Assembly (NCBI GenBank): GCA_964035575.1
Contig: OZ037836.1
Coordinates: 62,001-126,000, forward strand
Direction: 5' to 3'
From: Rhynchopus sp. YZ270_cl-10
Lineage: Eukaryota
DNA: 64,000 nucleotides
The position numbers were made by a program, and so were the translations under genes. This document shows, in pieces, positions 11,292-21,217 of this stretch (the stretch's first letter is position 1; each line of letters starts with the position of its first letter). The notes beneath the pieces were generated by a model. It ran no database searches, was not told where the DNA came from, and saw only the letters and a list, made by a program, of their open reading frames with translations.

Positions 11292-12424
11292 TGACTGGTA
11301 TTAACTGAGATTTGACGTAGCCTCCCTAACGTATTATTGTCCATTTGTCAAAATCTCTTTGTTTTCTATTTATTATTTTTGGATGGATGCGATCAACGAA
11401 CAACGAATAATTATAAAGATTCTCTCTTAGAAGCACTTTTTCCCCCATATTTATTATTTTCTTGTACTTTCATTGGTGTGGCTGACGACCCCAAAATAGC
11501 AGAAAATAGCACAAAAATAGCGCAAAAATAGCGCCCCCTTTCAGCCACACCATTCATTGTTTGGGTTGTTTTATGTTTTTCCTTCAACGCTTTTTGGTTT
11601 TTAGGAGACACACAAGGTGCCAGGTTTTATGATAAGCACGGAACCACCCTGCACCTGTTTGTCATCTTGTTTCCCGTGCAATACATGGAGAAACGTTTCG
11701 CACTCGAAACCAGCCAACGCTTATTGACAAAAATTAGAGAAACACAAAAACCAGCGCGCGTGGAAGAAAGGTAACTTAGGTTTATGAAGAACAAGAACAG
11801 CTGTGGTTGTTGATGCAGGAACATCCAACTGACCCACGTACGATGCCAGCCATCCGGATGAAAGCACAAAGTACCCTTCGTCCTACAATAGTAGAGGTAA
11901 AAAGGAAACCTAATGACTTGCCCTTACCGTAAGAGAACGAGGGCAGTGCACAACCACTCGTCAGCAGAAAAATGTTTTTTCTGATTGAAAGTGGTTGTTC
12001 ACGTTTTGGGTACGGGACGGAGAATAAAATCTGTTCGATAAACCTGCTGTAAAGAAGAGAATAAAATCTGCTCGTACAAAAGAAACGCGAGCTTACTGTT
12101 TTATCTTGCTCACTGAGATACGCTCAATCGCCTATCGAGCTCTGTGAATAGCAAGGAACTCCTTTTCATGTTTCCATGGAAACACAGTATCATATGTGAT
12201 ACCAAAAAAATTTGTTGAAAAAAAGGTGTCGTTGAAAACAAACAACGGGCGCGCTGTGTGAAAAACGAGCGCTTCTCTGCATGTGATATTTGGGCCATCT
12301 ATGATCGTCTGTCCGCTAGACACGTATCAGGGTGTGAGAGCTTGTGGTCGCTATCGGTTTTCTCTACTTAGCACGATGGGTGAGGGGAAAATTACTACCA
12401 TTGCCGCTGCTATTCGAAGATGAA

Positions 12425-13840
12425 CTAGCGACTCCCACGTCTCCCTCCCCAGCCTCTGTCCCTGTCACTACGGCCGTCGCGTCCAGAGCGATCAGGTGCT
12501 GAGTGCTGAGGTGCAGCAGAGGAGCGCTCTGCCCCCCTCCCCTGCTTCTTGACGTACGACTCAATGAGTGACGCCAGGCTTCTGTTAGGGACCAGGTGGG
12601 ATCTGTTCACATGTGTTCTGTTGTCAATAGGGCACACATGACGACTCCCGGGGACCCTCTGCGACAGGCAGGCATCCCAACAGGTCTTGCACAGAGAGTG
12701 GCCCTCCCTGCACTGCATGGGCTCCCGCATCAGGTCAGCGCAGATGGGACACACAAACTCTTCTGGTGGCGATGTGGGCTCCTGGGTGTGGGGCGGGGGT
12801 GGTACAGCGGGTTGATGTGGGAGCCTCGTGGAGGGATGCTGCTGTTGCAGTTGTTGTTGCGGATAGTGATTACGATCGCGGGCGTTTGTGGAGTGCTGAT
12901 GACGGTCACGAGGGTCCATCGGTTGATGATCACGGTCGCGAGGGTCCATCGGTTGTTGATTATGATCGCGAGTGTTTGTGGAGTGCTGATGACGGTCACG
13001 AGAGTCCATTGATTGTTGATGACGGTCACGAGAGTCCATGTATTCATGGTCACGGTAACGAGAGTCCGTCGGTTGTTGATTACGATCGCGAGTGTTTGTG
13101 GATTGTTGATGACGATCACGAGGGTCTATCGGTTGATGATCACGGTCGCGAGGGTCCATTGATTGTTGATTATGATCGCGAGCGTTCGTGGAGTGTTGAT
13201 GACGGTCACGAGGGTCCATCGGTTGATGATCACGGTAACGAGAGTCCATCGGTTGATGATTACGATCGCGAGCGTTTGTGGAGTGTTGATGACGCACGAG
13301 GGTCCAGTATTCATGATCACGGTCGCGAGGGTCCATCGGTTGTTGATTACGATCGCGAGCGTTTGTGGAGTGCTGATGACGGTCACGAGAGTCCATCGGT
13401 TGTTGATTACGATCGCGGGCATTTGTGGATTGTTGATGACGATCACGAGGGTCTATCGGTTGATGATCACGGTCGCGAGGGTCCATTGATTGTTGATTAT
13501 GATCGCGAGCGTTCGTGGAGTGTTGATGACTGTCACGAGAGTCCGTTGATTGTTGATGACTGTCACGAGAGTCGTGATCGTCTCCGCCGTCGCAATTGTA
13601 TTCATGCGAGTTGCGATGCTTTTTGGTCAGAAACACCTTTCCTTGTTTCGACTCCGTGGCACCACACCTCCTGCAAGGGAACACTTCCTGAGTGCAGTCC
13701 CGTTCGTGCTGCTTAACTTGAGCTTCGTATATAAAGGGCCTGCCGGACCTCGACTCGGACGCACCACAGTACCTGCACTCATACAGCCCGCTGGTATTGT
13801 CATCATAGCTGCTACTCTCGCTCTCGCTGTCGGAGTACAT
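12425..13840 (-). CDS. C2HC-type zinc-finger repeats + His/Gln/Arg/Asp-rich 10-aa repeats + C-terminal RING finger (putative E3 ubiquitin ligase)
   Basis: Two CxxCGA(S/T)ES...HExxC motifs; 30-bp tandem repeats at ~12870-13580; RING CPICADLMREPMQCREGHSLCKTCW...CPID followed by LVPNRSLASLI. Confidence 0.85.
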   Translation of the reverse strand: MYSDSESESSSYDDNTSGLYECRYCGASESRSGRPFIYEAQVKQHERDCTQEVFPCRRCGATESKQGKVFLTKKHRNSHEYNCDGGDDHDSRDSHQQSTDSRDSHQHSTNARDHNQQSMDPRDRDHQPIDPRDRHQQSTNARDRNQQPMDSRDRHQHSTNARDRNQQPMDPRDRDHEYWTLVRHQHSTNARDRNHQPMDSRYRDHQPMDPRDRHQHSTNARDHNQQSMDPRDRDHQPIDPRDRHQQSTNTRDRNQQPTDSRYRDHEYMDSRDRHQQSMDSRDRHQHSTNTRDHNQQPMDPRDRDHQPMDPRDRHQHSTNARDRNHYPQQQLQQQHPSTRLPHQPAVPPPPHTQEPTSPPEEFVCPICADLMREPMQCREGHSLCKTCWDACLSQRVPGSRHVCPIDNRTHVNRSHLVPNRSLASLIESYVKKQGRGAERSSAAPQHSAPDRSGRDGRSDRDRGWGGRRGSR

Positions 13841-14289
13841 TATGTTAACTTATACCTCTGCTTGTGGGTTTTGGGAGGGTCACGGGGGCACAGAAGCCAC
13901 AAGCACACGAGGGGGTGCACACAGCACACTGCGCAATTCTTTTGAGTTCCTTCCTCCATGAGAAATTTACACAAAAAGAGACAAAAATGACCTTGGAACA
14001 TCCAATGTGGGGTGGATGTGCAAAAAGGGGTGTGTGTGTATTCTTTGATGAGTTACTTAATTACGGGGGTAAGGGGAGAGACACCAGAGGATACGAGACT
14101 CACCCTTTAGGAGTGGCCCCGCACCTCTGTTGCCTGCAAAGGTGATGTATGTTTATAACCTCTAGGATTGCGGCAGGAGGTGTGCTTTGAGGACCAGAGA
14201 CTATTGGGTTATTTTGCAGTTGTCGATCACCTCCCCAATTGAATTGAAGACTGCACTGCAATGGCTTGAGACTGCTGTGCGACGATGAA

Positions 14290-15441
14290 CTAGCGACTCC
14301 CACGTCCCCCTCCTCTGCCCCTTCCCCTGCCCCTGCCCCCACCACGGCCGTCGCGTCCAGAGCGATCAGGTGCTGAGTGCTGAGGTGCAGCAGAGGAGCG
14401 CTCTGCCCCCCTCCCCTGCTTCTTGACGTACGACTCAATGAGTGACGCCAGGCTTCTGTTAGGGACCAGGTGGGATCTGTTCACATGTGTTCTGTTGTCA
14501 ATAGGGCACACATGACGACTCCCGGGGACCCTCTGCGACAGGCAGGCATCCCAACAGGTCTTGCACAGAGAGTGGCCCTCCCTGCACTGCATGGGCTCCC
14601 GCATCAGGTCAGCGCAGATGGGACACACAAACTCTTCTGGTGGCGATGTGGGCTCCTGTTGCTGGTGACGGTCGCGAGGGTCCATGTATTGATGATCACG
14701 ATCGCGAGAGTTCGTGGAGTGCTGATGATGGTCACGAGGGTCCATTGATTGTTGGTGACGGTCGCGAGGGTCCATCGGTTGTTGATCACGATCGCGAGCG
14801 TTCGTGGAGTGCTGATGACGATCGCGAGAGTCCATGGATTGATGATGACAATTGCAAGCGTTTGTGGAGTGTTGATGACGGTCACGAGGGTTGTGATCCT
14901 GGTTGCCGCAGTAATGTTCATGAGAGTTGCGTTCCTCTAGCGTCAGGAACACCTTTCCTTGGTTCGACTCCGTGGCACCACACTTCCTGCAAGGGTACAC
15001 GTTGCACGTCTCTTCGTCGCGCTCACGGTTCCTTTGGGTGCGACTGTTGTTTTGAGAGCAGTGCGCTTCGTGTGAGCGACGATGGCCATCGCTGAGAAAG
15101 TACCGGCCGCTCTGCGACTCAGTCGCACCACAGTGCCTGCACGGGAACACGCTGCTGCAGTTCCGTTCGTGCTGCCCAACTTGATGTTCACTATAAAATG
15201 GCCTGCCGGTCTTCGACTCGGACGCACCACAGTACTTGCACTCATAGCGACCATTGCTGTCGTTCTCGCCATTGTCGTAGTTCTCATCGTCATAGTTCCC
15301 ATTGTCGTAGTTCCCGTTGTCGTAGTCATCGCCATCGCTGTCGTAGCCGTCATCAGGAAAGGGAAAGGGCAGGCCCGGGAAGCCAAGGCTTCGAAGCGCG
15401 TAGTCGGCAAAGTAATCGTCGTCGTCGGTATCGAAGTACAT
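14290..15441 (-). CDS. Paralogous zinc-finger x3 + RING finger protein
   Basis: Three CxxCGA(S/T)ES fingers; RING region essentially identical to 12425..13840. Start set at the AACATA-ATG-TAC context shared by the family. Confidence 0.85.
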   Translation of the reverse strand: MYFDTDDDDYFADYALRSLGFPGLPFPFPDDGYDSDGDDYDNGNYDNGNYDDENYDNGENDSNGRYECKYCGASESKTGRPFYSEHQVGQHERNCSSVFPCRHCGATESQSGRYFLSDGHRRSHEAHCSQNNSRTQRNRERDEETCNVYPCRKCGATESNQGKVFLTLEERNSHEHYCGNQDHNPRDRHQHSTNACNCHHQSMDSRDRHQHSTNARDRDQQPMDPRDRHQQSMDPRDHHQHSTNSRDRDHQYMDPRDRHQQQEPTSPPEEFVCPICADLMREPMQCREGHSLCKTCWDACLSQRVPGSRHVCPIDNRTHVNRSHLVPNRSLASLIESYVKKQGRGAERSSAAPQHSAPDRSGRDGRGGGRGRGRGRGGGRGSR

Positions 15442-15501
15442 TATGTTATATGTTGTCACGACCTGTCAAGGATGTGTGTCGCGTGTTACCAAGTAATTTT
15501 A

Positions 15502-15679
15502 TTTTTTGTACGAGTATGCAATACGTCTGGAAATGAAAGACGCGCTCGTCGATTGTCATGAGTTTTACCGTTTTCCCCTTCCCCCCTTGTGCTCCACCTC
15601 TCCACCGTACTTCAGGACGCGGGTTTTTCGGGGTTTTCGGGACTTTTGGGGTTTGAAAAAAAAAAAAAAAAAAAAAAAA
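15502..15679 (+). repeat. Terminal repeat A1, ending in an A24 tract
   Basis: Matches 20054-20236 except for poly-A length. Confidence 0.95.
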
Positions 15680-15681
15680 CT

Positions 15682-16750
15682 ATGTCATCTGTGGCTGTTC
15701 CCTGGGATAGCTGGCCGGGTGGGGATAAGGTCATTTGGGATCAGATCAAACCCCCAGTACCCAAAGCAAATGCAATGGAACCGGACACCGAAGATGAGTG
15801 CATTTTTCCTTCGTGCGGTGTCATGCACAAAAAGGGTGTCCTTGGCTGCATGGGCTGCGGCAGACAGTGCACGAAGACGTGCATGCGGAACACGGGGCTA
15901 ATCCCTGAAGGGGTGATCACAGACTTCCTCAAGAAGACAGAGAGATGGGTGTGTCCGGTGTGCGCGTGGAGACGTGCGCCAAGAACGAAGGTGAAAAAGG
16001 AAAAGCCGATCGAGCAGCAGCAGCAGGACGAGGAGGACGACGACGCAGAGGACACGGTGGAAGGGCTCCTCGCAGTGATTCCGGAAACCGCTGAGAAGCT
16101 TTTCATGCACACTTTTGCACGTTTGGATTTTCTGCAGCAGGAGAACGAGAGTCTCAAGAAAACTATAGAGTTTATCAAGAAGTCCCAGCAAACGGCACTC
16201 GACGCTGATTTCTCGCCGTATGTTGTTGCAACCTGGGAAAAACATCCAAAACAGCCGCATCAGAAAGGAGATCAGGGAAAAGGTAGGAAAGGCATTCAGG
16301 GAGTCGACCCTACCCACTTTTGACAATGCACTCGAGTATCAAAAGGGCGTCCTAAGATGCTTCGAGGCGCTGGACAACTCCCTGGCGCTGATCGAGGACT
16401 CAGAGGACCCACCCGCAACCAAGTTCCTGACGCCCATACACAACACCATAGTAGAACTCACCTCGACCACAATTATTGGGGCTAATGCTGCCGGAAGGAT
16501 GATGTACGAGTCTAAAGCAAAGGGATACGCGGTGGATGACTTCTCAAAAGTCATCCAAGCTCGCATTATGGACACGGCCAAGAAGCAGCCGCACGCAGAG
16601 GTACCGTCGAAGACGCGGGATTCAGGGAGGGACGCCAAGGAGAAGAGAGACGACAGGGACAGGGGAGGAGACGATACGAGGGGGCGCGACCGAGACTACT
16701 GGGGCAACACGGGAAAGGAGTTAAGAAGGTACGCAGGGCCCAGACGTTGA
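15682..16750 (+). CDS. ORF1, Gag-like with N-terminal PHD-like Cys cluster and coiled coil; split by a frameshift near 16220-16260
   Basis: CIFPSC...CMGC...CTKTC...WVCPVC in 15589..16323 and continuation in 16220..16750. The ATG directly follows the A1 poly-A. Confidence 0.65.
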
Positions 16751-19311
16751 CTGACAGGGGAAGAAATACAAGAAAACAGGAGTACTATCGGGAGGACATC
16801 AGGGAAGACAATGCAGGACGCTACAAAAAAGAAGATACGGGGACAATACCAAGCAAAAGACGACAATTTAATGGCGACAATAGGGAAGAAAATTCAAAAC
16901 ACGACACAAAGCACGATACGGGGACAATACCAAACAAAAGACGACAATTTAATGGCGACAATAGGGAAGAAAATTCAAAACACTACACCGAGCACGATAC
17001 GGGGACAATACCAAACAAAAGACGACAACTTAATGACTACAATAGGGAAGAAAATTCAAAACACTACACCAAGCAAGACAACACCGGCAACAATGGGGTC
17101 ATTGGGGATCAGAGGCAGAATATTGGCGACGAAGAAGAAGATAAAAGAGAAGACAACCCTAGAACCCGACAACAGGGAAGAAAATTCACGGGGGGCGGCG
17201 CCCCCGAGGAACCTCAGCCTGAGCGCTTTGCTGGAAGAAAGACCTCCTTCGCATCTCGGACGTCCACGACAGAAGGAAATGCCACTCACCACAGAACAAG
17301 CTCGGCTGGTCATGGAGAAGGCGCAACACACTCTGTCACAGGCGTTATCGGGGTCGTACATGGGGGAGCTGCGAAGCGTGTGGCGCCGTCTGAACGAGTT
17401 CAAAACAAATTGGGAGCAACACATGAAGACAGAGCTAGGGTACGACGAGGCGATCATTCTGTGGTTAGAGAAGAAGCGAACAATGGAAAACATGCTCCCA
17501 TCAGCAGCATTACAAACCTCAATCGTAGCGTCGGCAGCGCTGAAACGAATGGCGAATACGAGAACCGAAGGTTCGCAACTGTTGGCCGACTACCAACGGG
17601 CACTGAGGAGATTGGGAGCGCTGAAGCCGACGACCCAAGCACCTCCGGCGACAACAGAGGAGATACGCAAGGCTATATCTTTAGCCAAAAACCCATCGCT
17701 GAAGCTGGCGTTGACGATGATGTGGCAAGGGGCAGCACGATGCTCAGACGTGTTGGGACTCAAAGCAGAAGAAATTTCGATGAACGACCATACTGCACAG
17801 ATTGGGGTCCACTGGGTCGACACGAAGTCAGACCCTTTCCGCCTCGGGAAACACACAGGAATGGATATGGCTCCGTCGATGTTGAAAGCTTTAAAGGGTC
17901 AGATGAAGAAATCGAAGGGCTCCGACCGACTATTCAAAGACCTCTCTTACAGGACAATAGGCAAATCGTTGAAAAGAGTAAATCAGAACCTCACTCCTCA
18001 CTCCCTAAGGCGAGGAGCGGCGCACCACCTCAACAACAAGAGAGTACCGTTGGAACAGATCCAGATGATCACGCGACACGACACGGTGGAGGGTCTCATC
18101 CGCTACTTGCCGAAAGGAGGTCTGCAACGGGTCGAACAGACGACTTTGCTGTCGAAGCCCCTGCACCTAGAAGACTGAAGTTCGTGCATGAAGCACCCAT
18201 CCCGCAGGCTTTTAAAATACCATACCCAAGATATTACAACCACGACCTTAGCCCCGTCCACAACAAAGAAGGAACATGCGACGATTTACCCGCAGATTCA
18301 GAACAAACTTTCATACAAACCATATTGGAGGACTCACAATCACCGTCTGAGGATGCGGGGCTTCTGAGCCTGTACGACAACTCGCTATGCGTACGAAGCA
18401 GCGCCACGAACATTCGTCCTCCCGCCGAGGCGCGTGCAGGAGGAACAGACCAGGACTACATTGCTGCGATATCGAGAGGACGCATCTGCTTAGACACATT
18501 GGAGAGCCTCGACAAGGAGAACGAGCTGGAAGACATTCTGCAGATCATCCGTAAGAGAGAAACATTCGTATCACACCTGAAGGAGGGTTGGGACAAGCAA
18601 GCTGGGATAAGGAGAGGTACCTCGCGTCACATGGCTCAACATCTGGATACCCTCATCGACTTCGGCGTCCTGTCGCGAACTTCTGCACCCCAAGAAGTGA
18701 TTCTGCATGCCTTCACTGTGGAGAAAAAGTCGGGGGGTTTGCGATTCGTGGTGGATGGCAGAAAGCTGAACAGGTCGATGGGTCCGCCACCGCAGATGAG
18801 ACTGCCGCACATCACGGCTGTTATCCACAGAATAGTGAACAGCAATTGGGTCGTTCTGTCCGACGCTAGAAGTTGGTTCTACCAAATCGAAGTAGACGCA
18901 AGCATCCGACCGTTTTTTGGTGTCAACACCGCAGGAGAACGGGGACAATTCACTAGGACAGTGTTAAATTGCTTGGCGATGGGTTGGTCGTTCGCTCCAG
19001 CGATTGCACAACGCTGCTCGCGTGTACTATTGCCCGAAGAGTTTGGTATCTGCTGGATAGACAACTTCATCGTCATACAACAATCCCGAGAGGAAGCGGT
19101 GGCACAATTTTCGTCATTCTGCGAACGATGCGACAAAGCAAACGTCGAACTCAACAACAGGACGATCCGACGTACGGTACCCCTACACAACAGTTCTGCG
19201 TATTCGGAGTGGAATTTAACTTGGAGAAACACACATTCCGATCTGAACCGGCATGGCTCGAAAAGTTTGTGCAGAAGGATGAACTGGCCGCGCTGCGCAC
19301 GGGGAAGCTGA
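16747..19311 (+). CDS. Pol part 1: long N-terminal frame overlapping the YR, then reverse transcriptase
   Basis: LRFVVDGRKLN, LSDARSWFYQI, LAMGWSFAP and WIDN (YxDD position). True start codon uncertain. Confidence 0.85.
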   Translation: MTDRGRNTRKQEYYREDIREDNAGRYKKEDTGTIPSKRRQFNGDNREENSKHDTKHDTGTIPNKRRQFNGDNREENSKHYTEHDTGTIPNKRRQLNDYNREENSKHYTKQDNTGNNGVIGDQRQNIGDEEEDKREDNPRTRQQGRKFTGGGAPEEPQPERFAGRKTSFASRTSTTEGNATHHRTSSAGHGEGATHSVTGVIGVVHGGAAKRVAPSERVQNKLGATHEDRARVRRGDHSVVREEANNGKHAPISSITNLNRSVGSAETNGEYENRRFATVGRLPTGTEEIGSAEADDPSTSGDNRGDTQGYIFSQKPIAEAGVDDDVARGSTMLRRVGTQSRRNFDERPYCTDWGPLGRHEVRPFPPRETHRNGYGSVDVESFKGSDEEIEGLRPTIQRPLLQDNRQIVEKSKSEPHSSLPKARSGAPPQQQESTVGTDPDDHATRHGGGSHPLLAERRSATGRTDDFAVEAPAPRRLKFVHEAPIPQAFKIPYPRYYNHDLSPVHNKEGTCDDLPADSEQTFIQTILEDSQSPSEDAGLLSLYDNSLCVRSSATNIRPPAEARAGGTDQDYIAAISRGRICLDTLESLDKENELEDILQIIRKRETFVSHLKEGWDKQAGIRRGTSRHMAQHLDTLIDFGVLSRTSAPQEVILHAFTVEKKSGGLRFVVDGRKLNRSMGPPPQMRLPHITAVIHRIVNSNWVVLSDARSWFYQIEVDASIRPFFGVNTAGERGQFTRTVLNCLAMGWSFAPAIAQRCSRVLLPEEFGICWIDNFIVIQQSREEAVAQFSSFCERCDKANVELNNRTIRRTVPLHNSSAYSEWNLTWRNTHSDLNRHGSKSLCRRMNWPRCARGS
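16811..18178 (+). CDS. Tyrosine recombinase
   Basis: Catalytic set present: GAARCSD (R), DTKSDP (K), HSLRRG (HxxR), TRHDT (H), LIRYL (Y). Confidence 0.93.
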   Translation: MQDATKKKIRGQYQAKDDNLMATIGKKIQNTTQSTIRGQYQTKDDNLMATIGKKIQNTTPSTIRGQYQTKDDNLMTTIGKKIQNTTPSKTTPATMGSLGIRGRILATKKKIKEKTTLEPDNREENSRGAAPPRNLSLSALLEERPPSHLGRPRQKEMPLTTEQARLVMEKAQHTLSQALSGSYMGELRSVWRRLNEFKTNWEQHMKTELGYDEAIILWLEKKRTMENMLPSAALQTSIVASAALKRMANTRTEGSQLLADYQRALRRLGALKPTTQAPPATTEEIRKAISLAKNPSLKLALTMMWQGAARCSDVLGLKAEEISMNDHTAQIGVHWVDTKSDPFRLGKHTGMDMAPSMLKALKGQMKKSKGSDRLFKDLSYRTIGKSLKRVNQNLTPHSLRRGAAHHLNNKRVPLEQIQMITRHDTVEGLIRYLPKGGLQRVEQTTLLSKPLHLED

Positions 19312-19988
19312 CGCCACGCCAGTTCTACGTAGTTTTTGGATGCATAGTGTGGCATTCGTACACAACACACACACCACTGTGCACATTACCAGCAGCCATC
19401 ACCTTCGTGCAAAACCTGGCTTCGAAGACACTTCAGAACGTTCTTTTGTGGGACATACATGTCGAAGTACCTCCCAGTGTGATTTTTGAAGTGCGAAAGC
19501 GGATATCATTGATGACGACAAACAGCTGGATCCTACAACCCCCCACTAAGACAATCACAGTGTGGTCAGACGCCTCAAAAGCAGAGTGGGCAGCAATCCT
19601 GGAAGACGACGAAGACGAGAAGGTTGCGCAGGGAACGTTCGGCGCAGGCCACGAGGACACCTCAATCTTCCTGAAGGAGCTGTATGCGGCAGCTAAGTCT
19701 GTGCTATTGGCGGCAAAATACACCAGCGCGTGCACTGTACACATGAAGGTCGACAACTTGTCTGCCGTCTTCTGCATTGAGCGGGGACACAGCAGCAACT
19801 TTGCGGCGAACGCCATTCTGTCGGAGATGTTTGCGGCGGCAAAGCAGAACGGGATGACCCTGAGGTGCGCTCACGTGGGGACAAAACAGCAGAGAGCGGA
19901 CCGATTCACCAGAGGAGACAAAGCGAAGACAAACGAGCAGCTACAGGCGATCACTTCTCTCTTCGAGAGCGCTGCGCGTCCCTATTAA
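18969..19988 (+). CDS. Pol part 2: RT C-terminus + RNase H (frameshifted from RT near 19150)
   Basis: FCVFGVEF, VWSDAS (D), FLKELYAA (E), KVDNLSA (D) and QRADRFTRG (D) give a DIRS-type RNase H. Confidence 0.88.
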   Translation: MLGDGLVVRSSDCTTLLACTIARRVWYLLDRQLHRHTTIPRGSGGTIFVILRTMRQSKRRTQQQDDPTYGTPTQQFCVFGVEFNLEKHTFRSEPAWLEKFVQKDELAALRTGKLTPRQFYVVFGCIVWHSYTTHTPLCTLPAAITFVQNLASKTLQNVLLWDIHVEVPPSVIFEVRKRISLMTTNSWILQPPTKTITVWSDASKAEWAAILEDDEDEKVAQGTFGAGHEDTSIFLKELYAAAKSVLLAAKYTSACTVHMKVDNLSAVFCIERGHSSNFAANAILSEMFAAAKQNGMTLRCAHVGTKQQRADRFTRGDKAKTNEQLQAITSLFESAARPY

Positions 19989-19995
19989 GGGTCCT

Positions 19996-20205
19996 GATGG
20001 ATGCGATCAACAAACAACAAACAACGAATAAACAAAGAAGGGGGGGTATTTCATTTTGTACGAGTATGCAATACGTCTGGAAATGAAAGACGCGCTCGTC
20101 GATTGTCATGAGTTTTACCGTTTTCCCCTTCCCCCCTTGTGCTCCACCTCTCCACCGTACTTCAGGACGCGGGTTTTTCGGGGTTTTCGGGACTTTTGGG
20201 GTTTG

Positions 20206-20238
<33 letters not shown>

Positions 20239-20369
20239 GCGGACGGTTTCACAGGGCATTTCAATACCACCAAAAGTGCTGTGTGCTTTTCCTGAAGTAC
20301 GGACGAGGATGGATGCGATCAACAAACAACAAACAACGAATAAACAAAGAAGGGGGGGTATTTCATTTT
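19996..20369 (+). repeat. 3' terminal block B1-A2-spacer-B2
   Basis: GATGGATGCGATCAACAAAC...TATTTCATTTT occurs twice, flanking A2 plus a 71-bp spacer. Confidence 0.95.
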
Positions 20370-20861
20370 CCTTCAAAACACATAATTCAAAAGAACGACG
20401 CAAAGTGGCATTCTGTGCTTCGCGAACAATGAATTCCCGCACGGTACCACCATCCGGCTGTACCTTAAATTGTCCACAACCTTCCTTCACCCCCCCTGTA
20501 AGGGCAACCGTAGGTGAAGTAAGGTATAGTATTGAAATCAATGTGGGGGGGGAGTAAAGGGTCAATATTATTATTGCAAACCCGGATTTTGAGGAAATTT
20601 TGGCCGAAAATGGGCCCCACGTAGTAGTGTCCGGGCGCTCATATTTCCCAAAATTTAAGTGGTCAAAAAATTGTCCAATTTTCGAGATTCACCCCACCAC
20701 TGCACGGGCGGATCCCAAATAGGTTTTCGCCACCCAGTTGAGAAAACCCAGTATATTTTCCAGGCAGTTGTATCATAAAAGCTTTTTGATAAAAATTAGC
20801 AAAATCCAAAAACCAGTGCGTGTGGAAGAAAAAAGGAGAGGAAGATATTTTTTTCAATGTC

Positions 20862-21016
20862 CATGACAGGTGATTTTACTAGTAAAATGACAGGTGCAAA
20901 TTCATGACAGGTGGCACCTGTCATTTTACAGGTACCACCTGTCATATCACTAGTAACATTAAATTATCAACTGTCATATTTATAACTAATAACACCACCT
21001 GTCATATCACCTGCCA
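20862..21016. repeat. Cluster of ATGACAGGTG / CACCTGTCAT motifs in fold-back arrangement
   Basis: Three forward copies followed by three to four inverted copies. Confidence 0.75.
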
Positions 21017-21217
21017 CGGCCATAACTAGTCCGTCGTGCGTGAACCCATGGCATCCCTTAAGGAGTCCTCTCGCGATAGACACGAAACCAAAACGTGAGG
21101 TACATGACATAGATGTGGCTCCCTGCATCTCTCTTCCCTCTGAACTATTTTTGTTATGAAAGCTTTGGTTGCAGTTGTGTAGACCCTAGGATGAGAGGCA
21201 CAATATAATATCTAAAG

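Larger units (their letters stand above)
15502..20369 (+). mobile_element. Tyrosine-recombinase retrotransposon (DIRS order; VIPER/TATE-like gene order) with split direct repeats A1 / B1-A2 / B2
   Basis: Gag/PHD ORF, YR ORF, RT and RNase H motifs. A1 ~15502-15679 = A2 ~20054-20236; B1 19996-20057 = B2 20308-20369. Confidence 0.93.

Noticed and set aside
16220..19160. Programmed frameshifts at the gag (~16240) and RT/RH (~19150) breaks
   Set aside because: No clear slippery heptamer is evident; mutation or sequencing error is equally likely without other copies.
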